A DNA stretch of 64,000 nt from an uncultured delta proteobacterium (GCA_963753325.1 CAVWBS010000003.1:1128220-1192219); one strand, 5' to 3'; shown: positions 13,334-29,164, counted from the stretch's first letter. The notes: generated from the letters alone by a model not told the origin. Program-made: numbers and translations.

Positions 13334-14047
13334 ATGCCGGCGGAGCGATACGACGCCGCGCTCGAGCGGATCCAGGAGTGGACCCCGTCGACGCGCTCGC
13401 TTTTTCTCCGTATCGCCGCGGGGCGCCGCATGCCGTTCCACGCCGGGCAATTCATCTCGCTCGCCCTGCCGGTCGGGGACGACCCGCCGCTCGTGCGGCC
13501 CTATTCCCTCGCCTCCGATCCCGAGGCCGATCTGCTCGAGATCTGTGTCGATCACGTGCCGGAGGGGGTCGGCTCGACATATCTCTTCGGACTCGCCCCG
13601 GGCGCGGCGGTGGGCTTCAAGGGGCCGTTCGGGACGTTCATGGTCGACGCGCCGCCCGCGGCTCAGAGCGTGCTCGTCGCGGACGGAACCGCGATCGCCC
13701 CGATCCGCGCGATCGTGCGGCGGATGGCCTCGCGAGTCGGCGACCATCCGATCCAGGTGCTGCAGGGCGCGCCGACCGAGTCGGCGCTCCTCTTCCGTCG
13801 CGAGCTCGCCGAGCTGACGAGGACGCATCCTCGCGTATCGTGGGAGCCCGTCCTTGCCGGTGCGGACGCGCGGGCAGGCGAGAACCCGAAGCTCGAGCAG
13901 GTGGTCCTCGATCGCTACGTCCGCGCCGATGACGATCGCACGCGACACTTCTGGATCTGCGCCGTCGGCGACCTCGTGCGACGCCTTCGCGAGGCGCTAC
14001 GCGCGGCCGGCTATGAGCGGCGCTCGATCCGCTACGAACAGTGGTGA
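13334..14047 (+). CDS. Ferredoxin-NAD(P) reductase family oxidoreductase (FAD/NAD-binding).
   Basis: Intact 237-aa ORF with the FAD motif RPYSLAS and an NAD-binding-like VLVADGTAIAPIRAIV. It lies 8 nt downstream of fdx. Confidence 0.7.
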   Translation: MPAERYDAALERIQEWTPSTRSLFLRIAAGRRMPFHAGQFISLALPVGDDPPLVRPYSLASDPEADLLEICVDHVPEGVGSTYLFGLAPGAAVGFKGPFGTFMVDAPPAAQSVLVADGTAIAPIRAIVRRMASRVGDHPIQVLQGAPTESALLFRRELAELTRTHPRVSWEPVLAGADARAGENPKLEQVVLDRYVRADDDRTRHFWICAVGDLVRRLREALRAAGYERRSIRYEQW

Positions 14048-14085
14048 CGCGGAGGGACGAGGCCGCCACGAAGGCGCGTCGCGCC

Positions 14086-14796
14086 CTACCGGGCGTCGTG
14101 GAAGATGATCCCGAGCGTCAGGCGCTCGCCGCGTGTCAGCACACTCACCCCGTGGCGCATCGCGACTCGATAGTCGCCGCGAGTTCCCCGGACCGGGCGC
14201 TCGCGATTGGTGAATATCAAGCCCTCGCCGCGCGCCAGGCTGAACGCCGTGGCCCGCGACTGCGCGCGCGGCCGCTGCTCGACCAGCAGGACCTCGCCCC
14301 CCTCGTAGTCGACGTCGCGCGCGGAGAGGACGATCAACACCTGCAGCGGGAAGGCCACGGCGCCGTAGAGGTCCTGATGCAGCGCGTTCCAGTCTCCCGC
14401 GCCGTAGCGCAGGAGCAGCGGCGTCGGGCGACGCTGCCCGGCCGCGTGGCACCGCCGGAGGAACCCGGCGAGGCCGCGCGGAAACGCCGCGGGATCGCGC
14501 CGTAGGCGCGACGCCCATTCGCGCGCCGTCACCGCGAGCGGCTCGTACAGCGCCGCACGCAGCCGCCCGATGAGCGGCGGGAGCGGCGCGGCGAAGTAGC
14601 GATATTCCCCGCGGCCGAAGTCGTGCCGGGCCATGTCGACGGTCGACCGGAACAGCTCCGCTCGGAGGTACAGGGCGCGCAGCGCGGCGCAGTCGCTCGT
14701 CGTCAGCAGCGCGGGGAGGCGGGCCCACCCGACGACGTCCAGCGACTGGCGTAGCCGGGCCCAGTCGTAGCGCCGTACGCGCGCGGCCGGGTCCAT
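14086..14796 (-). CDS. 2OG-Fe(II) oxygenase family protein.
   Basis: Intact 236-aa ORF. The motifs LLLRYGAGDWNALHQD...GGEVLLVEQ...RHGVS fit the HxD...H jelly-roll family found next to DNA-repair genes. Confidence 0.6.
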   Translation of the reverse strand: MDPAARVRRYDWARLRQSLDVVGWARLPALLTTSDCAALRALYLRAELFRSTVDMARHDFGRGEYRYFAAPLPPLIGRLRAALYEPLAVTAREWASRLRRDPAAFPRGLAGFLRRCHAAGQRRPTPLLLRYGAGDWNALHQDLYGAVAFPLQVLIVLSARDVDYEGGEVLLVEQRPRAQSRATAFSLARGEGLIFTNRERPVRGTRGDYRVAMRHGVSVLTRGERLTLGIIFHDAR

Positions 14797-14835
14797 CGCG
14801 CGGACTGTAGCCGGCGTCCCGCGTATTGACGAGCG

Positions 14836-15909
14836 TCAGCCGAGGAGCGGGAGCTGATCGCCCGCGGCGGGCGGACGGCGGAACGCGGCCGCGCTGAGGG
14901 CCGGCACGGGCCGATCGATCCCGTACTTCCTGGCGGCGGCGTGGAACAGGGCCGCGATCTGTCGCGCGTACTCGCCTTCGCCGCGACCGCGGTGACCGAA
15001 GCGCGAGTCGCTGATGCGGCCGGAGCGGGTCTCCCGGATGCGATGCAGCACGCGCTCGCGCCGCTCGGGAACGTGCTCGGCGAGCCAGCGCTCGAACAGC
15101 ACGTCCAGAGGCTTCGGCAGGCGCAGGAGGACCCATGAGGCGCAGTCGGCGCCCGCCGCGGCGGCGGCCGCGAGGATACGCGGGATCTCCGTGTCGTTCA
15201 GACCAGGAATCACCGGGCCGATCATCACGCCGACCGGAACGCCGGCCCGCGTGAGCGCGGCGATGGCCTCGAGACGCCGCTCCGGCTGCGCGGCACGCGG
15301 CTCCATGCGCCGTGCGAGGTCGGGATCGAGCGTCGTGACCGAGGCCATCACGCGCGCCGCGCCGTGACGCGCCAGCTCGCCGAGCACGTCGGCATCGCGT
15401 GCGACCAGCGCCGACTTCGTGATCACGCCGACCGGATTGCGGAATTCGGCGAACACCTCGAGACAGCGCCGGGTGAGCTTCAGGCGCCGCTCGACGGGCT
15501 GGTAGCAGTCGGTGTTGCCCGAGAGCGCGACCACCTGCGGCTGCCAGCGCGGCGCGCGTAGTGCTGCCCGCAGGAGCGTCGGCGCGGTCTCCTTCACCAT
15601 GATGCGACGCTCGAAATCCAGCCCGGCGCTGAAGCCGAGGTATTCGTGCGAGGGCCGCGCGTAGCAGTAGACGCATCCGTGCTCGCAGCCGCGATAGGGG
15701 TTGAGGCTGAATCGAAAGCCGATGTCGGGGCTGTCGTTCTCGGCCAGGACGCTGCGGCTGGTGTCGCGGTAGTAGAGCGTGCGCTCCGCGGGCGGACCTT
15801 CGTCCTGCGGGATTGAGACGTCTTCGGGATCGATCTCGACGTGCAACCGCTCGTAGCGGTTCGGCGGGTTGAGCTGGGTGCCGCGGCCGGGCCGAGCCTG
15901 GTCGTTCAC
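14836..15909 (-). CDS. Radical SAM protein, PA0069/SplB-like (DNA repair photolyase-like) family.
   Basis: Intact 357-aa ORF with NPYRGCEHGCVYCYAR (CxxxCxxC) and an N-terminal NPPNRYE motif. Confidence 0.8.
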   Translation of the reverse strand: MNDQARPGRGTQLNPPNRYERLHVEIDPEDVSIPQDEGPPAERTLYYRDTSRSVLAENDSPDIGFRFSLNPYRGCEHGCVYCYARPSHEYLGFSAGLDFERRIMVKETAPTLLRAALRAPRWQPQVVALSGNTDCYQPVERRLKLTRRCLEVFAEFRNPVGVITKSALVARDADVLGELARHGAARVMASVTTLDPDLARRMEPRAAQPERRLEAIAALTRAGVPVGVMIGPVIPGLNDTEIPRILAAAAAAGADCASWVLLRLPKPLDVLFERWLAEHVPERRERVLHRIRETRSGRISDSRFGHRGRGEGEYARQIAALFHAAARKYGIDRPVPALSAAAFRRPPAAGDQLPLLG

Positions 15910-15922
15910 CGAGCCATATTCG

Positions 15923-16684
15923 CTATTTCTTCGCCTCCAGGCAAGGGCCTGGTGTGGGAAGGGGTTCGTCGGATTCGAGGCCGAGGATGCGGATCGAGGT
16001 GCGGGTCCGATACCGGCGGTTCAGAGTCAGCTCGAGGGCGGTCAGGGACTCGAGGAAGGCGCTGCCGGCGAGTGGCCCGGCGTCGACGGCACGGAGTTTC
16101 GGAATGGCTCGCACCAGCGACTGGACGGCGGCGCTCGCCTCGGCATCGTCGCTCGCGACGAGGATGTCCCCGGCCGCCGGCCGGGCGAGGCGGAGCAGGT
16201 GGGCGGCCGCCGCGTTCTTGAAGGCCGACACGACGCGCGCCTCGGGTGCCAGCCGCTGCACCCACGGACCGACGGCGCCATCCAGAACGCGCGCGAGCGT
16301 GAACCGGCCGTCCGCGAAGAGGAGCGGGTTCACCACGTCGACCACGACCTTGCCGGCGAGGGACGACTCCCGACCGACGAGGAACGACTCGAGCGTGTCG
16401 AAGGGCAGCGTGAGGAACACCATGTCCGCCTGCCTGACAGCGGTGGCGTTGTCGCAGCCCTCGACGTCCACGCGGCCGTCGTGGCCCGCCGCCGTCAGCC
16501 GTTGGCGCACGTTCGCCGCCGCCTCCATCGCCCGCTCCGGCGTCCGCGAGCCCACGACGACCCGATGCCCGGCGGCGGCGAGCCGCGACCCGAGGCCCCG
16601 ACCGAGCTTGCCGGTGCCGCCGACGAACGCCAGGGACGGGAGTGGGAGCACGGGGACCTCTGCCGCCACATTAGCGACCGGCAT
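15923..16684 (-). CDS. NADPH-dependent F420 reductase-like / pyrroline-5-carboxylate reductase-fold oxidoreductase.
   Basis: Rossmann motif FVGGTGKLGRGLGSRLAAAGHRVVVGSR, about 253 aa. It is the C-terminal part of the long ORF 15923-17161. Confidence 0.6.
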   Translation of the reverse strand: MPVANVAAEVPVLPLPSLAFVGGTGKLGRGLGSRLAAAGHRVVVGSRTPERAMEAAANVRQRLTAAGHDGRVDVEGCDNATAVRQADMVFLTLPFDTLESFLVGRESSLAGKVVVDVVNPLLFADGRFTLARVLDGAVGPWVQRLAPEARVVSAFKNAAAAHLLRLARPAAGDILVASDDAEASAAVQSLVRAIPKLRAVDAGPLAGSAFLESLTALELTLNRRYRTRTSIRILGLESDEPLPTPGPCLEAKK

Positions 16685-16720
16685 TTGCCGCTCAAGGCGT
16701 CGATCCCATATGTACGAGCG

Positions 16721-17407
16721 GTGACGCCCGTTTCCCGCTGTCGCCGCCTCTATCTGATCCGCCACGGCGAGACGCTCTACGGCGGGGAGCACCATCTGAC
16801 CGTGGAAGGCTTCCGCCAGATCGAGGCCCTGGGCGGCCTGCTCGCGGGGGTGCCGCTGGAGACCATCTACGCGAGTCCTCTCGGGCGGGCGCAGGCGACC
16901 GCGGAGACGATCGCTCGCCACGTGCAGGCGCCGATCGTCACGGTCGACGCCTTGCGTGAGATCGAGCCCGGCGCGATCGGCGGCGACGACTTCGACGCGA
17001 TCCTCGCCCGCATTCGCGGCTTCTTTGCCGGGCCCGAAACGACCTGGGATACGCCCTTCCTCGGGGGGGAAACGTACCGGCAGGTCCGCGAGCGGGTCTG
17101 GCCGCTCATCGAGGATCTCGGCCGCCGGGACGACTGGCGCCGCGTCGCCGTGGTCGCGCACGGCGGCGTGAACAATGCGGTGATCGGGCGGCTACTTGGA
17201 TCGCAGGGTCCGGGTCTCGCCAACGTCGATCAGGACTTCGGCTGCGTCAACATCATCGACTTCTTCGGCGGCCGCCCGGTCCTGCGGCTGCTGAACTTCA
17301 CCGTGTACGACGCGCTGAAGGTGGCGCTCGAGGCCCCGAGCATCGACGCCGTGGCCGATCTCCTCGGGTCGTCCATGGCGCCCGTCAGGGAGCGCTTGCG
17401 ATCATGA
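16721..17407 (+). CDS. Histidine phosphatase (phosphoglycerate mutase-like) family protein.
   Basis: LYLIRHGET catalytic motif and a later VAVVAHGGV. GTG start at 16721, in the frame of ORF 15869-17407. Confidence 0.75.
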   Translation: MTPVSRCRRLYLIRHGETLYGGEHHLTVEGFRQIEALGGLLAGVPLETIYASPLGRAQATAETIARHVQAPIVTVDALREIEPGAIGGDDFDAILARIRGFFAGPETTWDTPFLGGETYRQVRERVWPLIEDLGRRDDWRRVAVVAHGGVNNAVIGRLLGSQGPGLANVDQDFGCVNIIDFFGGRPVLRLLNFTVYDALKVALEAPSIDAVADLLGSSMAPVRERLRS

Positions 17408-17529
17408 ATCCCGGAAAAAGGTGCCAACCCGGGGTTGACGTCGGCTGTAGCGATGCGCACGTTCGACGGGCGCCCGGAGGCGGCACCGGCGCCCCGCCGC
17501 AAGACCATCGAAAATCTTCAATAGACTCA

Positions 17530-17558
17530 TTGACTTTCCCCTCTTTGGCCGCTACGCT
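17530..17558 (+). promoter_or_regulatory. Candidate sigma-70 promoter upstream of rpoD.
   Basis: TTGACT, a 17-nt spacer, then TACGCT, in an unusually AT-rich stretch about 130 nt upstream of the rpoD start. Confidence 0.35.
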
Positions 17559-17689
17559 ACGGTTTGAACCGTGTCTGCCGTCCTCGTTCAGTCGCCAGAT
17601 CGTCTCCCTCCACTGACGACGACGGGATGCGTCGGCAGACGCCCTCCAGCCGCGAGGCCCCCCTTGGGGATGATCGCGTCGATGATCGG

Positions 17690-19535
<1,846 letters not shown>

Positions 19536-19541
19536 CCGGCG

Positions 19542-20357
19542 GTGCCGGGCCCGCTGATCGACGTCGCCGAGCTGACGGACGGCATCCGCCGGCACGAAAC
19601 GCTGGTGATCGACGCGCGTCCGGCGTCGGCGTTCGCCGCGGGGCACCTTCCGGGCGCGGTGCACCTCGACGTGTTCGGGATGAGCCTGATCGACACGCGC
19701 CCGGCGCCGCTCGCGGCCTACGAGTGGATGGTGGCGCACCTCTTCGAGCTCCGCGGCGTCACGCGCGAGCGGCGCGGTCGTCGTCTACGAGGAGGACTCC
19801 GGCATGCGCGCGGCGCGCATCGTCTGGCTGCTCCAGCTCCTCGGCCATCCCGCCGCGGCCATGCTGGACGGCGGCGTCCGGCGCTGGCGCGCCGAGGCCG
19901 GATCGCTGATGCGCGAGGCCGAGGAGCCGCGGCCGGCGACGTTCGTGGTGGAGCGCCATCCCGAACGGCTCGCCACCGTCGACGACGTCCTCGCGGCGCT
20001 CGGCCGTGACGACGTCACGATCGTCGACACGCGTTCGCGGGCCGAGCACACGGGCGAGCTCGTACGCGCGGCGCGGGGCGGTGCCATTCCCGGGTCCGTG
20101 CATCTCGAGTGGACGCGGAATCTCGCCCCCGACGGGCGCTATCGTCCGGCCGGTGAGCTGCGCGCCATGTATGCCCAGGCGGGCGTCACTCCGGAGCGCG
20201 AGGTGATCACCTACTGCCAGGGCGGCTACCGGGCGGCGCAGAGCTACATCGCCCTCACGGTGGCCGGCTATCCGCGCGTGCGGAGCTATCTCGGCTCGTG
20301 GGGCGAGTGGGGCAGCCGCCCGGACCTGCCGATCGTCACGGCGTCTGCCGGATCGGC

Positions 20358-20361
<4 letters not shown>
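19542..20361 (+). pseudogene. Tandem-rhodanese thiosulfate/3-mercaptopyruvate sulfurtransferase. One frameshift near 19772.
   Basis: Domain 1 is [22 protein letters not shown]. After the shift the sequence reads [19 protein letters not shown]. Domain 2 has the active-site loop ITYCQGGYRAA. Confidence 0.75.
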
Positions 20362-24181
<3,820 letters not shown>

Positions 24182-24192
24182 GGCGACGGATC

Positions 24193-24985
24193 ATGCACTG
24201 GCGCTTCGGCGCGGGCCGCGCCGCGGAGGCGAAGCGACGCCTGATCTTCGCCCTCGACGTCGACTCGATGGGCGAGGCCAGCGCGTTGCTCGATGTCCTG
24301 TTGCCCGAGGTGGGGATGTTCAAGGTCGGGAAGCAGCTCTTTCTCCACGCCGGCCCGCCGATCGTGCGCCGGATCAAGGAGCGCGGCGGGGAGGTCTTCC
24401 TCGACCTCAAGTTCCACGACATCCCGCGCACCGTCGCGAAGGCGGGCGTGGAGGCGGCGCGGCTCGGCGTCAAGATGTTCGACCTCCACGCCTCCGGCAG
24501 CGGCGAGATGATGCGTACGACCGTCCGCGAGGTCGGTCGCGCGTGCCGCCGCGACGCGCTCCGGCGGCCGAAGATCCTCGCCGTGACGGTGCTGACGAGC
24601 CTGACGCGCGAGGATCTCGAAGCAGGTCGGCGTGATGGCCGGCGTGGAGAGTCAGGTGACACGGCTGGCGCGGCTGTCGAAGGAGAGCGGCATGGACGGC
24701 GTCGTCGCGTCGCCGCAGGAGATCGCCACGATCCGCAAGGCCTGCGGCCGCGCATTCACGATCGTCACTCCGGGCGTACGCCAGGCACGCGTCGGATGGG
24801 ACGATCAGAAGCGGGTCATGACGCCGGAGGCGGCGATTGCGGCGGGGGCCGACTACCTCGTGGTCGGCAAGCCCATCCGCGACGCGAAGAGCCCGGCCGA
24901 GGCCGCCCGCGCGATCGTCGCCGAGATGGAGCGCGGCTTCGCGAGCGCGACGCCGAGCGGCCGCGGGCGGTCGGGTGCCGCGTGA
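24193..24985 (+). pseudogene. pyrF: Orotidine 5'-phosphate decarboxylase. One frameshift near 24620.
   Basis: LIFALDV, FKVGKQLF and VFLDLKFHDIPRTV come first. After the shift the sequence reads DGVVASPQE..IVTPGVR and ADYLVVGKPI. Confidence 0.85.
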
Positions 24986-26537
24986 CGTCGAGCTGAGCGT
25001 CCGGCCCGACGTCGCGGCCGATCCGGAGGCGTTGCGCGCGGCGGCGGCGCGCGCGGCGTCCGTCTCCGTCGGCGACGTCGCCGAGCTGCGGCTGCGGCGG
25101 CGCGCCCTCGACGCGCGTCGCGGCGTGCGGCTGCGGCTCGCGTTTCGCCTCTACCTGCGCGACGAGGCCGTCCCGCCGGCGGAGCTGCCACGGCGGCCGC
25201 GCTTCCAGGCGGCGCGGGCGGGACGGCCGGTGGTCGTCGTCGGCGACGGTCCGGGGGGCATCTTCGCAGCGCTGCGTCTCGCCGAGCGCGGCGTTCCGGC
25301 GGTGATCCTGGAGCGGGGCAAGCCCGTCCAGGCGCGGCGGCGGGATCTCGCGGCGCTCACCAAGCGGGGCCTGGTGGATCCCGACTCGAACTACTGCTTC
25401 GGCGAGGGCGGCGCCGGGACCTACAGCGACGGCAAGCTCTACACCCGCACGCACAAACGCGGCCCCGTCGACTGGGTGCTGGAGCAGCTCGTGGCGCACG
25501 GCGCCCCGCCGGACGTGCTGATCGACGCGCGCCCGCACGTCGGCTCGAATCGCCTGCCGCGGGTGGTGACGGCACTGCGCGAGACGCTCGCCGGCGCGGG
25601 AGTCGAGACCCGCTTCGCCGCGCGGGTGACGGAGCTGCTGTGCGAGCCCGGTCGCCTCGCCGGCGTGCGGCTCGCCGGAGGCGAGACGATCGCCGCCGCG
25701 GCGGTCGTGCTCGCCACCGGCCACAGCGCGCGTGACGTCCAGGGGCTCGTGGCCGCGGCCGGAGCGCCGCTCGCCGCGAAGCCGTTCGCGGTCGGGGTCC
25801 GGGTCGAGCATCCTCAATCCCTGATCGACCGCGCGCAGTACGGTCGCGACGCCGAGCGCTTTCCGCTGCCCCCGGCCGCATACCGGCTGGCCGCCACCAT
25901 CGAGCAGCGCGGGGTCTTCTCGTTCTGCATGTGTCCCGGCGGCTGGATCGTGCCCGCCGCGACCGAGCCCGGGTCGATCGTGGTGAACGGCATGTCGCTC
26001 GCGCGCCGCGACTCGCCGTTCGCCAACAGCGGCATCGTCGTGGCGCTCGAGCCGGCCGACGTCGAGGCGCTCGGCTACCCGGGCGCGCGTGGCGGCCTCG
26101 CGCTGCAGGCCGCGCTCGAGCGGGACGCCGATCGCGCCGGCGGCGGTGGCCAGGTCGCGCCGGCGCAGCGGCTGGTCGATTTCGTCGCCGGACGCGGCAG
26201 CCGCGATCTGCCGCGCTGCTCGTATCGTCCGGGCGTGCGCGCGGCACGCCTCGACCTCGACTTGCCGCCGTTCGTGGCGACGCGTCTCCGCGACGCGCTG
26301 CGCCGGTTCGCACGCGTCATACGCGGCTACGACACCGGCGACGCGATCGTCGTCGGCGTCGAGACACGGTCCTCGAGTCCCGTGCGCATCCTCCGCGACC
26401 CGCGCACGCTGGCGAGCCCGTCGTTGCCCGGCCTCTACCCGTGCGGGGAGGGCGCCGGCTATGCCGGCGGCATCGTCAGCGCGGCGCTCGACGGTCTCGC
26501 CGTGGCGGAGGCGGTGGCCGCGGCGTACGAGGGTTGA
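24975..26537 (+). CDS. FAD-dependent oxidoreductase (COG2509-like, uncharacterised FAD-dependent dehydrogenase).
   Basis: VVVVGDGPGGIFAALRLAERG, NYCFGEGGAGTYSDGKL, FSFCMCPGG and YPCGEGAGYAGGIVSAALDG. The GTG start overlaps the pyrF end. Confidence 0.65.
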   Translation: MPRDVELSVRPDVAADPEALRAAAARAASVSVGDVAELRLRRRALDARRGVRLRLAFRLYLRDEAVPPAELPRRPRFQAARAGRPVVVVGDGPGGIFAALRLAERGVPAVILERGKPVQARRRDLAALTKRGLVDPDSNYCFGEGGAGTYSDGKLYTRTHKRGPVDWVLEQLVAHGAPPDVLIDARPHVGSNRLPRVVTALRETLAGAGVETRFAARVTELLCEPGRLAGVRLAGGETIAAAAVVLATGHSARDVQGLVAAAGAPLAAKPFAVGVRVEHPQSLIDRAQYGRDAERFPLPPAAYRLAATIEQRGVFSFCMCPGGWIVPAATEPGSIVVNGMSLARRDSPFANSGIVVALEPADVEALGYPGARGGLALQAALERDADRAGGGGQVAPAQRLVDFVAGRGSRDLPRCSYRPGVRAARLDLDLPPFVATRLRDALRRFARVIRGYDTGDAIVVGVETRSSSPVRILRDPRTLASPSLPGLYPCGEGAGYAGGIVSAALDGLAVAEAVAAAYEG

Positions 26538-26550
26538 TCGTCCGCCCGCG

Positions 26551-27105
26551 TCACGCCGCGACGCGACGCTCGGCGATCGCACAGAGACCGTCGGACTCGA
26601 TTCCGAGGGGCAGATTGATCAGGTTGTAGTAGTTCTCGAGCGCGTTCAGCCACGTGATCTCGACGATCTCGGTTTCGTTGAAGTGCCGCCGCAGCTCGGT
26701 GAACGTCTCGTCGCCGACCTGCTTGTGGCGCGTCGCCTCCTCGGCGTAGGCGAGCGCCGCACGCTCGCGCGCCGAGAAGAGGGGGCTCGTCCGGTACTGC
26801 GGCAGCGCGGTGAGCTTCTCCATGCCGAGGCGTCGCTGCACCGCGACCGCCTTGGCGATATCGACGCAGAAGGTGCAGTCGTTGATCATGGCCGCCCAGG
26901 TGCGCACCAGGATGCTGATGGTGGAATCGACGGTGAGCTTCTTCTCGACGATGTTCACCTCGGCATACGCCAGCCGGAAGAGCGCGGGGACCCGCGCATA
27001 CACGACCTTCATCGGGGTCATCACCTTGCCGAGACGGCGCTTCGTGATCCAGTAGGCGATCCGGGCGATCAGCTGTCGCGGACGTTCGATGGGCTCGATG
27101 CGCAT
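26551..27105 (-). CDS. Carboxymuconolactone decarboxylase (AhpD-like) family protein.
   Basis: Intact 184-aa ORF with the DCTFCVD (CxxC) motif typical of AhpD/CMD-fold proteins. Confidence 0.6.
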   Translation of the reverse strand: MRIEPIERPRQLIARIAYWITKRRLGKVMTPMKVVYARVPALFRLAYAEVNIVEKKLTVDSTISILVRTWAAMINDCTFCVDIAKAVAVQRRLGMEKLTALPQYRTSPLFSARERAALAYAEEATRHKQVGDETFTELRRHFNETEIVEITWLNALENYYNLINLPLGIESDGLCAIAERRVAA

Positions 27106-27123
27106 GGCTGCGTCTCCTTTCGG

Positions 27124-27597
27124 TTACGACGGTTGGCGGCGCTGCCGCGCGACGATCCACAGCAGCGCCGCCATCACCAGCGCCGGGAGGTACACCGCCG
27201 GCAGGTCGATCGCCCAGTGCTCGGAGCCGACGAGGCCCCGCGTCGTGTCGAAGACGTGGGCGAGCGCGTGCAGCCCGAAGAAGAGCGCCACCGGCGCCAG
27301 CAGCGGCACCCGCCAGCGCGGGACGAAGGCGGCCCACACCAGCGCCGCCCCCTGCGTGAGGAAGGCCGAGCCGATGTCGCGGACGAAGTGCTCGTTCAGG
27401 GGTCCGAAGTCGGGCACCGCGGCCGGCAGGCCGGCGAACCAGCCGCCCGGACTGGCAAGCATCCACAGGGCGTTGGCGAGGTTGCCGACGCCGAGCACGA
27501 CGAGCACCCAGCCGAGGGCGTCCAGGCGACTCGGGACGGTCTCCCTGCGCACGGGATCGGCGTGGCCACGCCGTTCCGCGTTCATCGACGTCGTCAT
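27124..27597 (-). CDS. Hypothetical integral membrane protein (about 4 TM).
   Basis: 157 aa with four hydrophobic segments. The start overlaps the MocR-type regulator stop (ATGA-type overlap at 27594-27597). Confidence 0.5.
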   Translation of the reverse strand: MTTSMNAERRGHADPVRRETVPSRLDALGWVLVVLGVGNLANALWMLASPGGWFAGLPAAVPDFGPLNEHFVRDIGSAFLTQGAALVWAAFVPRWRVPLLAPVALFFGLHALAHVFDTTRGLVGSEHWAIDLPAVYLPALVMAALLWIVARQRRQPS

Positions 27598-29096
27598 CGT
27601 GCCGACCTCCTTCGGCGCGCAGTGTGCGCGCGGACGAGCTGCGCGAGCAGCGCGATGCCCTCGCGGATCGTTGCGGGCGTGAGCGGTGCAAAGGACAGGT
27701 GCAGGCAGTCGCCGCCGCGCCCGTCGACGTAGAAGGCGTCGCCGCGCACGATCGCCATCGACGCCTCCACGGCGGCGAGCGCGAGCGCGTCCGCGTCGAC
27801 CTCCGGCGGCAGCGTGATCCAGATCCCGTGCCCGCCGCGCGGGCGCGTCCACGCGACGCCCTCCGGCATGTGCTCCTCGAGCGCGGCGAGCATGGCGGCG
27901 AGGCGCGCCGCGTATACCTTGCGCACCCCTCGCAGGTGACGCTCCAGGCCGCCGTGCTCGAGGAGCGTCGCGAGCGCCGCCTGCACGATGGCATTGGTCC
28001 CGACGTCGCCGTTCCAGCGCGCCAGCACCATCTTCTCGAGGAGCGGCGCCGCCGCGACCACGTAGCCCACCCGCAGTGAGGGGAAGAGCACCTTCGAGAA
28101 GGTGCCCGCGTAGATCACCTGTCCGGCGCGGTCGAGCGTCTTCAGCGCGGCGATCGGCACGCCCTCGTAGCGCAGCTCGCTGTCGTAGTCGTCCTCGAAG
28201 ATCGGCACCTGGACCTCGTCGGCGAGCGCGAGGAGCGCGCGCCGGCGCTCGTCGCTCAGGACGGCGCCGGTGGGGCTCTGCGCCGCGGGGGTCGTGTAGA
28301 CGAGCTTGGCGCGCCGCGCACGCAGGATGCGGGCGAGGTCGTCGACGCGCAACCCCTCGCGGTCGACGCGCACGCCGATGAGATGGGCCTGCGCCGCGGC
28401 GAAGGCCATGGCGGCGCCGAAGTATCCGGGCTGCTCCATCACGACCGTGTCGCCGGGGTCGAGGAGGACGCGCGCCACGAGATCGATCGCGTGCTGTCCG
28501 CCGTTCACGATCAGGACCTCGCGCGGCTCGCAGGCGATGCCGCGCGCGACGAGGTAGCGCGCGACCGCATGGCGGAGCGACGGCAGGCCGCGCGGATCCC
28601 GTTCGGCCGCGAGCGCGGGCAGGCGCGACCCGATGGCGTCGGCGAACGCCCGTTTGAGGTCGTTCGTCGGCAGGCTCTCGACATCCACCTGCCCACCGCG
28701 GAAATCGAAGCGCGGCGGCTTCGGGGCCGGGGATCGGAGGCCCGACGGCACGCCGAGCGCGCGGGCACGGGCCGCGAGCAGCCCCGACCAGACGAAGCCG
28801 CGGCTCTCGTCGGCCGCGAGCGGTGCCCGGCTGCTCGTCGAGCGGGGCGGGCGTGCGGCCACGAACGTGCCCTGGCCGACGTGCGCGACCAGGAGGCCCG
28901 CCGCGACGAGGTCGTCGTAGGCGAGGCTGACGGTCGTCCGGCTGAGACGGAGCGCGGCGGCCAGCTCGCGCGTCGCCGGCAGCTTGCCGCCGGCGGGAAG
29001 CCGATCGGCGTCGATCAGGTCGCGCAGATACGCGCCGAGCTGCCGGTACAATGGCCGTCCCTCGCGGCGGTCCGGGGTGAACGCGAGCTCGAGCAC
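27594..29096 (-). CDS. GntR/MocR-family transcriptional regulator with a PLP-dependent aminotransferase-like domain.
   Basis: Intact 500-aa ORF. It has an N-terminal wHTH (LPATRELAAALRLSRTTVSLAYDDLVAAGLL) and a fold-type I aminotransferase domain (FSKVLFPSLRVGYV). Confidence 0.85.
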   Translation of the reverse strand: MLELAFTPDRREGRPLYRQLGAYLRDLIDADRLPAGGKLPATRELAAALRLSRTTVSLAYDDLVAAGLLVAHVGQGTFVAARPPRSTSSRAPLAADESRGFVWSGLLAARARALGVPSGLRSPAPKPPRFDFRGGQVDVESLPTNDLKRAFADAIGSRLPALAAERDPRGLPSLRHAVARYLVARGIACEPREVLIVNGGQHAIDLVARVLLDPGDTVVMEQPGYFGAAMAFAAAQAHLIGVRVDREGLRVDDLARILRARRAKLVYTTPAAQSPTGAVLSDERRRALLALADEVQVPIFEDDYDSELRYEGVPIAALKTLDRAGQVIYAGTFSKVLFPSLRVGYVVAAAPLLEKMVLARWNGDVGTNAIVQAALATLLEHGGLERHLRGVRKVYAARLAAMLAALEEHMPEGVAWTRPRGGHGIWITLPPEVDADALALAAVEASMAIVRGDAFYVDGRGGDCLHLSFAPLTPATIREGIALLAQLVRAHTARRRRSAR

Positions 29097-29106
29097 GGCG
29101 CGAGCC

Positions 29107-29164
29107 TAGGACCTGACCAATCGGTATGCAACGAGCCAATTGGTCCTAACCGGACGGTGCCAAT
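29107..29164. promoter_or_regulatory. Candidate MocR operator: three CCAAT repeats plus the inverted repeat TAGGACC/GGTCCTA.
   Basis: gaCCAATcgg (29117), agCCAATtgg (29136) and tgCCAATccg (29160), within 70 nt upstream of the regulator's GTG start. Confidence 0.3.
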
